A DNA stretch of 64,000 bases. Origin: Octopus vulgaris. Its lineage: Eukaryota. The stretch lies in assembly GCA_951406725.2 (NCBI GenBank), contig OX597825.1:22754001-22818000 (forward strand), written 5' to 3'. This document shows positions 56,912 to 64,000 of the stretch, one piece after another. The first letter of the stretch is position 1. Each line of letters opens with the position of its first letter. A model generated the notes under the pieces. The model searched no databases. It was not told where the DNA came from and saw nothing but the letters and a program-made list of their open reading frames with translations. The translations under genes and the position numbers were made by a program.

Positions 56912-57865
56912 TATAAAAATTATATATAAAAGGGGACAAGAACGTGAAATACACAAAGAGACGAACACAAAAAACGGACGGGTCATTCGAAACCTTTAAT
57001 CTTCAGTCAGAAACCGGATCATCATAGCAAATTTCGGCTGATTAATCCTGATATTGCTCCGACACGGCCAGCCCCAATGAAAAACTAAGCTGCGAGCATT
57101 AGATATCTTGGAAAATGGATCGAATGTAAACGAAACAAGGACAGAAAAATGGACGAAGCCACACGAATATAAATACAAAAAAACAAAAATAAAAATAAAA
57201 ATAAAAACAAAAAGAAGAATGGTAATAACAGGATAACAGCAGGTGTCTTACGACTTTAGCCAAATTTAATTTATCTAGCAGGCGTGTTTGGAAAAATTGC
57301 CTTTTCGGCAGACGAAAACAATGTTGAACCGGCAGCGGCCACCAACGGAATGGCTGGTTATTCAGCAGGTCACATGAGGGTAGAGAGAGAGAGAGAGAAA
57401 GAGAGAGAAGGAATTAAAGAGGGTGGAAGAAACAGAGCGCGCCAAGGATTGACCAGGTCACGTGAGAGTAGGGAGACAGAGATAAAGAAGGAATTAAAGA
57501 GGATAGAAGGAAGAGGGGGAAGAGACAGCAATGGCGCACAGCGAGAAAGACAGAGAAACGTGAGCGAGTGGGGGAAGAGGGAGACCAAAGAATCAGAGGC
57601 GAGAAAGAGAAAGACAGAAAGTGAGGTATAGAGAAAGTTTGTAGAAGTCGTACAATGGGTGGAATGTAAGCATACATAAGGGAACGAGGTGTACGTTATG
57701 CTGCGATAATATAGGTATAAAAAGTATATATAAAAGGGGACAAGAACGTGAAATACACAAAGAGACGAACACAAAAAACGGACGGGTCATTCGAAGCCTT
57801 TAATCTTCAGTCAGAAACCGGATCATGATAGCAAATTTCGGCTGCTTAATCCTGATATTGCTCCG
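56910..57865 (-). mobile_element. Non-coding element with 152-bp direct repeats (56910-57061, 57714-57865; period 804 bp) inserted in (TA)n; non-autonomous Penelope-like/retrozyme-like
   Basis: The repeats differ at only ~4 positions. The interior is GA-rich with no credible ORF, and there are TA tracts on both sides. Confidence 0.7.
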
Positions 57866-57868
57866 GTA

Positions 57869-57904
<36 letters not shown>

Positions 57905-58592
57905 TGTATGTATGTATGTATATAAATCAGAGAAGAACCACCATGTAGCAATTCAACAATGATATAATTAAATTATATCATATAGAAAACAATTATACAT
58001 ATATATATATATATATATGAATGTATGAATGTATGGTTCGACATTTGTTTGTTCGGAGCGCAGTGTATGTCGTTCTCAAATGGTTATTTTATTCATATTT
58101 GATTTAAACTATATAGAACCGCATCTCATTAGAGAAAATTAGTTAATAAATTATTCCGGCCTGTCACCGATTTTTGCTAACGAGATACAAACATGCAAGT
58201 TAAGATTTGCTTCGCCAAAATAGTAAATCCAGCATCCTTTAATTAAACTGTGATCCCTGTCAGCTTTTTCTAAAAAATGCCGTCGTTAAAACTCTACTAA
58301 TTGATGTTGCTCACATTAACAAATACAGTTAGTGCTATTACGGTTTATAGCTAAATCACATACGACTTGTTTGCATTGTGAAATAAAATTAAATCGTTCA
58401 TGATGAAATAAACTTGGGTCATTATTTTAAATTTCAGTCCGTAGTCATTCATTTAAGTTCAATAAATTTCATCAAAATTCCGATAAGGATTTCAATTTAA
58501 AAGGCAAAAATCAAAGACAGTATATTTTATTGTTTTGCTTTGCCGATTTGTTTTCAACTGATAGAAAAGAAAATGATACACTATCTCACATC

Positions 58593-58977
58593 TGAATGGA
58601 AGCACTCCGTCGGTTACGACGACGAGGGTTCCGGTTGATCCGAATCAACGGAACAGCCTGCTCGTGAAATTAACGTGTAAGTGGCTGAGCACTCCACAGA
58701 CACGTGTACCCTTAACGTAGTCCTCGGGGATATTCAGCGTGACACAGAGAGTGACAAGGCCCGCCCTTTGAAATACAGGTACAACAGAAACAGGAAGTAA
58801 GAGTGAGAGAAAGTTGTGATGAAAGAGTACAGTAGGGATCACCACCATCCCTGCCGGAGCCTCGTGGAGCTTTTGGTGTTTTCGCTCAATAAACACTCAC
58901 AACGCCCGGTCTGGGAATCGAAACCGCGATCCTACGACCGCGAGTCCGCTGCCCTAACTACTGGGCCATTGCGCCTC
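58593..58977 (-). mobile_element. SINE family C, full length, tail type 2, with 14-bp TSD
   Basis: CACTATCTCACATC at 58579-58592 and 58978-58991; same head as 32006. Confidence 0.9.
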
Positions 58978-59084
58978 CACTATCTCACATCAAATCTCTT
59001 ACCTCGTAAAAACCAAAAATCTCCACTGAAAAAGAATATTCTTAAACAGAATGATTACGTATTCTTTTCTTATATTTTCTAAAC

Positions 59085-59282
59085 TTGTTTCAGTCATTTG
59101 GCTGCGGCCGTACTGGGGCACCGTCTTTAGTCGAACAAATCGGCCCCAGGACTTAGTATTTGTACGCGTAGTACTTATTCTATCGGTATCTTTGTCCGAA
59201 CCGCTAAGTTACGGGGACGTAAACAGACCAACCTTAGTTGTCAAGCGATGGTGGGGGACAAACACAGACACACACAGAGGTA

Positions 59283-59333
<51 letters not shown>

Positions 59334-59650
59334 CATCATCATCTTCATCATTTTACCTCTGCTTTCCATGCCATCATGGGTTGGACGATTTGACTGAGGA
59401 CTGGCGAACCAGATGGCTGCGCCAGGCTGCAATCTGATCTGGCAGAGTTTCTAGAGCTGGATGACCTCCCTAACGCCAACGTTATATACAACGGGCTTTT
59501 TTTCAGTTTCGGCAACCAAATCCACTCACAAGGATTTGGTCGGCCCATGGCTATAGTAGAAGACACTTGCCCAAGATGCCACGCAGTGGAACTGAACCCG
59601 GAACCATGCGGTTGGGAAGCAAGCTTCTTTCTACACAGCCGCGCCTACGC
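59085..59650 (-). mobile_element. SINE family A interrupted at its internal microsatellite by an RTE-type 3' tail fragment (59331-59480)
   Basis: Family A halves flank (CAT)n-...CTTTCCATGCCATCATGGGTTGGACG...GCTGGATGACCTCCCTAACGCCAAC. Confidence 0.75.
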
Positions 59651-60101
59651 CTATGGCAAGATTCTTACTTCACAGCCACGCCTACACCTACATAGTGGAT
59701 ATACCTTAGCATTACCATTGTATAATTCTTCACATCATCGGAATAATTTTTTTAAACACCGCCAGGCATTCTTGAAATTCCAGAAATTCCTCTAAATAAT
59801 AGAATGGTTAAGCAGCATTAATAATTCTTTCTAATTTTGCCTTAAGGCCAGCAATGTTGAGTGGATGCAGTGAGTCGATCACAGCAAATCCAATATTTCA
59901 CTGTCAGTAGCGACCTCAGTAGGAGAAAAGACAATGTCAACCACGGTTTAATTTGAGCTCAGAATGTAAGGAGCCGCAAGAAATGCCGTTAGACATAACT
60001 TTTCTAATGTGCTAGCGATTCTTCCAGCTCAGCACCTTCAGTGTTATCAATAATAGTTTTACTGCACGTAATAGACGTTGCCACATGACTGAAAAAATTC
60101 A

Positions 60102-60173
60102 AGTTTGGTTTACAGCAGTCAATTCAGCCACCGTCTATTGATGATGGCTGAATCAACAGCCGTAAGCCAAACT
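60102..60173. other. 72-nt imperfect hairpin
   Basis: AGTTTGGTTTACAGCAGTCAATTCAGCCACCGTC-TATT-GATGATGGCTGAATCAACAGCCGTAAGCCAAACT. Confidence 0.6.
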
Positions 60174-60469
60174 CGAACCTAGTGTGACTACAAAATATTT
60201 TGATGCGCAAAACGGTTAGATAAATGATGTGTTAATCTCACCGTAGTTTCTTAGTTTAACCACATTTACCCGTGTCAATAGAATGTATTATAAATTGCAT
60301 TTATAAGTCTTTCAGTACACAAACTGTGCAAATATAAGGCTCTGTTGAACAACATGTAATCTAGCTTAAGTAAATATATCTATATATGTAATCGAAACAT
60401 TAAAAGAGCAATCAAAGAGTTGCAATACAGTTACAAGTTGTCCTTAAATAGTTTTATCATATATTTTTT

Positions 60470-60903
60470 ATCTTTTGCTTGTTTCACTCATTAGACAACG
60501 GCCATGCTGTGACAATGCCTTGAAGAATTTTTAGTCGAATTTATCGACTCCGGTACTTGTTTTTATAGCATGGCATTTATTCTATCGGTCACATTGCCGA
60601 ACCTCTAAGTTACGGGAATATAAATACACCAGCACTGGTTATCAAGCAGTGGTAGACGCACACACATACACACACATACGTTCATATATCGTGGCTATTA
60701 TGTTAATCTGTCGTGTGTCCAAATTTGGCCAAATGCCTTTTTTTCAATATATATTTTTACTTGCAATAGACGTCACTTTTGGTTAAATAAAACTTGTTAA
60801 AGTGTAGTACAACGGTTTTGCTATGGAATGGTGAAACTTTTATTTTTCTGAAATAGCAACGTTTTGGACTAACGACACTTTTGCATAATAACAACGAGAT
60901 ATC

Positions 60904-60934
<31 letters not shown>

Positions 60935-61085
60935 CGGGCTTCTTTCATTTCTATCTAGCAAATCCACTCACAAGGCTTTGGTCGGTCCGTGGCTATAGTA
61001 GAAGACAAGGTGTCATTTAGTGGGACTGAATCTGAAGCCATGTAGCTGGAAAGCAAACTTCTCACCACACAGCTATACCTCCGCA
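60470..61085 (-). mobile_element. Diverged SINE family A halves
   Basis: The tail at 60470-60680 and the head at 60930-61085 match family A. Confidence 0.6.
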
Positions 61086-61119
61086 TGTTCAGTTTATATG
61101 TAACTCTACCATGATTTGA

Positions 61120-61702
61120 GACGGCGAGCTGGCAGAAACGTTAGCACGCCGGGCGAAATGCGTAGACGTATTTCGTCTGCCGTTACGTTCTGAGTTCAAA
61201 TTCCGCCGAGGTCGACTTTGCCTTTCGTTTTTTCGGGGTCGATAAATTAAGTACCAGTTACGTACTGGAGTCGATGTAATCGACATAATCCATTTGTCTG
61301 TCTTTGTTTGTCCTCTCTGTGTTTAGTCCCTTGTGGGTAGTAAAGAAATAGGTATTTCGTCTGCCGCTACGTTCTGAGTTCCAATTATGCCGAGGTCGAT
61401 TTTGCTTTCATCCATTTGGGTTCTATTAAATAAGTACCAGTTACGCGCTGGTGTCGATATAATCGACTTAATCCGTTTGTCTGTCCTTGTTTGTCCTTTC
61501 TGTGTTTAGCCCCTTGTGGGTAGTAAAGAAATAGGTATTACGTCTGTCTTAATCTTCTGAGTTCAAATTCCGCCGAGGTCGATTTTGACTTTCATCCGTC
61601 TGGGGTCGATAAATTAAGTACCAGTTGCATACTAGGGTCGATATAATCGACTGGCTGCCTTCCTCCAAATTTTCTAGCCTTTTACCCAGAGTAGAAAAGA
61701 AT
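61120..61702 (+). mobile_element. SINE family B with its body tandemly repeated three times
   Basis: One head, then ~185-bp units restarting at GTATT(T/A)CGTCTG (~61169, 61352, 61535). Confidence 0.85.
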
Positions 61703-62199
61703 GCTACCCCAATTTGCATAACAATGACGTCTCCTTTATATCGTACTCTTAAAGTAAAACCAACATATATTCTTATTGCTTCCTGTCGTAATCGACCTTT
61801 GCTAGTTATTATTATTATTCATCTATGTTGCCAGCAAAGTAAGAGCTGATTTCATATATCAACGATACTACACTTTTCACTGCATATCACAATGATACAA
61901 AGTAATTCAGACTCCAATCTAGTCCTTACAACCACCTTTCTGAAGCAATGAAATGGAAAGTGTAAGAGCGAAAATTGTTTTTTTTTTCCATAGTGACATG
62001 TTTGCTTGATTTATCGATGACTAACAATTTTCTCACCCCATATAAGGACATGTGAATGGAGTTGTATTAAGAAGAATTTTCAAGTAAATTCCGAACGCTC
62101 AATTATTCGCAATTATATTTCCATATATTAATGTATTTACTAATTTAAGTATAGATGCACGCTGACACTTTTATATTCCTGATTATGCGTATATAGATA

Positions 62200-62282
62200 T
62201 GTCCCAGGTTGACTAAAGCCTTTTGAATGCATTTGGTAAAGGGAAACTAAAAGAAGTCCATCGTGTGTGTGTGTGTGTGCGC

Positions 62283-62313
<31 letters not shown>

Positions 62314-62520
62314 TGTTTGTGTATGTGTTGTATTTGTGCTCCACTACCACATGATAACCAATGATATTTTGCTTAGCGGTTTAGTTGGCAGAAGACAAAC
62401 TATAGAATAAGTACTAGGCTTAAAAATTAAGTCCTTGGATCTATTTGTGTGTCTAAAGCCTTCAAGGTGGTGTCCAAGCATGACTGTGGTTCAATGGCTG
62501 AAACAAGTAAAAAGATGAAA
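62200..62520 (+). mobile_element. Diverged SINE family A
   Basis: TAGAATAAGTACTAGGCTT...AAGGTGGTGTCCAAGCATGACTG...CTGAAACAAGTAAAA. Confidence 0.65.
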
Positions 62521-63217
62521 AACAAAATAAAACATTCAATCTTTAAACAACAACAATTTTTCGTCACTACTTTTGTAAAATACTTGCATATCCTAACACT
62601 CTAACTTTCAGTTCTTCTTTGCCAAAGTCAGTACCACCTGTAGCATTCGTTCGGATTCTATTTTCACAACAAATGGTTATTACTCTGAAGCCCTTTTTTC
62701 AATATATAACTCTGATACAAACTGAACTTTACACATACCCACAAACTACCTTCAATCATTTCATTAGTTAACCCAGTGCTTAAATAAGAAGGCTACGTTT
62801 AGCGTATTTTTCCGATAACAAATATAGAGAGCATTGCAGTGTCTTGAATAAAATAGGAGTTGTTTTTGACATTTTTAAGTACTTATTTCCACATTGCGTA
62901 ATCACGGTTCACTAAACTGTTCCATCTTATGGAAGAACGGGAAAGAGATTCCGGTCACAGTGACGATAACATTAATGTAAACAAATGCGGCTTTCTATCT
63001 CACCAATCACACCCACAAAACAGCAAGTCTCACAATTAAGTGAGAAAAACTATTCACTTAAAGTGAACAAATTTTTGGAAACGAAATATGCCCCCAAAAA
63101 CTATTCACTCAGCTGTAGGCAGACCAGAGTCCAGAATCCAGTGAGGACTTCTTGTTTGTAAAAGAATAATTGCGGCAAACAACAAACCCCCCTGGACCCA
63201 AAAAGCGAAACTCTTAC

Positions 63218-63274
63218 CTTACAGTTGAGCTTCTTTTTTAAAACTGTGACAAAATTGCCTTTGATTTTATCCAT
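63218..63274 (-). CDS. Possible first coding exon (MDKIKGNFVTVLKKKLNCK) of an unidentified minus-strand gene
   Basis: AAAAATGG start context, 19 open codons, then a consensus donor AAG|GTAAGA in phase 0. It lies in repeat-free sequence. Confidence 0.3.
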
Positions 63275-64000
63275 TTTTATTTAAGGAAACAATGAGCCAT
63301 AGCAAATGGGATTTTTTAAAATATACAAATTTAAACATACTTTAAACAACCATCGGTTACAAGGGAACTCATTCGAAACACATCAGCACGAAAAACAACA
63401 AAACAAAACATACATTCTACTTAACAAGAACAGAGAGACCAGAGGGTAACGCCGTTTGCAGGAGAGGTTGGGAAAGTGAAAAGGGGATTAAAGTGTAGAG
63501 TTGGAAAGAAACAGGGAACGCTATGCTAAGAGAAGTTAAGGCACTATGGGTTAAGGCACTTGTGAACGTGATAGGGGGGATGAAGGGAGGAATGAACAGG
63601 TAGAAGAAAGTGACAATTAAGAAATTAGTAATTACCGATGAAGAAACGAAAAGCTAAAAATGAAAAATGACAAAACTGAAAAACGAGGAGAAAATGAGAA
63701 AATGAAAAGAAGCTGAGATAGTGTGAAACGAGGAGTTTTAATAGATTACACGAACTGTGAGGAGACTCATGGAAATCCCCGTTTAGAATTCCAGAAGGAT
63801 TTTAATTTTTTTTCCAGAAATTATTTTTTTTAATTTCAAAAGTTTGAAAGATCAAGACTTGAAAACATTTTTTTCAAAACTTAGTTTCCCCCAAATCTAT
63901 TGGGGTAATGCAAAAATTGCCATAGTCTAACGCATTATTCTATTTAACATCTCTCTCTCTCTCTCTCTCACACACATACACACACACACACACACACACA

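Overview
AT-rich, microsatellite-saturated animal genomic DNA. The tRNA-derived SINE families and repeat landscape point to an octopus (coleoid cephalopod) genome; this is inferred, not searched. Only one confident host CDS is present: a single-exon class A (rhodopsin-like) GPCR at 40410-41828 (+). A possible short first coding exon of a minus-strand gene lies at 63218-63274. The rest is mobile-element debris: three SINE families, two RTE LINE 3' fragments, a BovB-like RTE fragment, a Penelope-like (RT + GIY-YIG) element, mariner-type MITEs, and decayed CR1-like and R4-like LINE remnants. The most unusual signal is a dense set of short non-coding modules sitting in (TA)n tracts. These include fold-back palindromes (one carrying an intact hammerhead ribozyme on each strand), several stand-alone minimal hammerheads, and an 804-bp-period direct-repeat element. 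There are also locally generated inverted duplications (a ~4 kb segment bracketed by ~200-bp inverted repeats and a ~720-bp palindrome centred on (TA)n). Almost all other ORFs in the track are microsatellite or SINE artefacts. Repeat boundaries were read by eye and are approximate.
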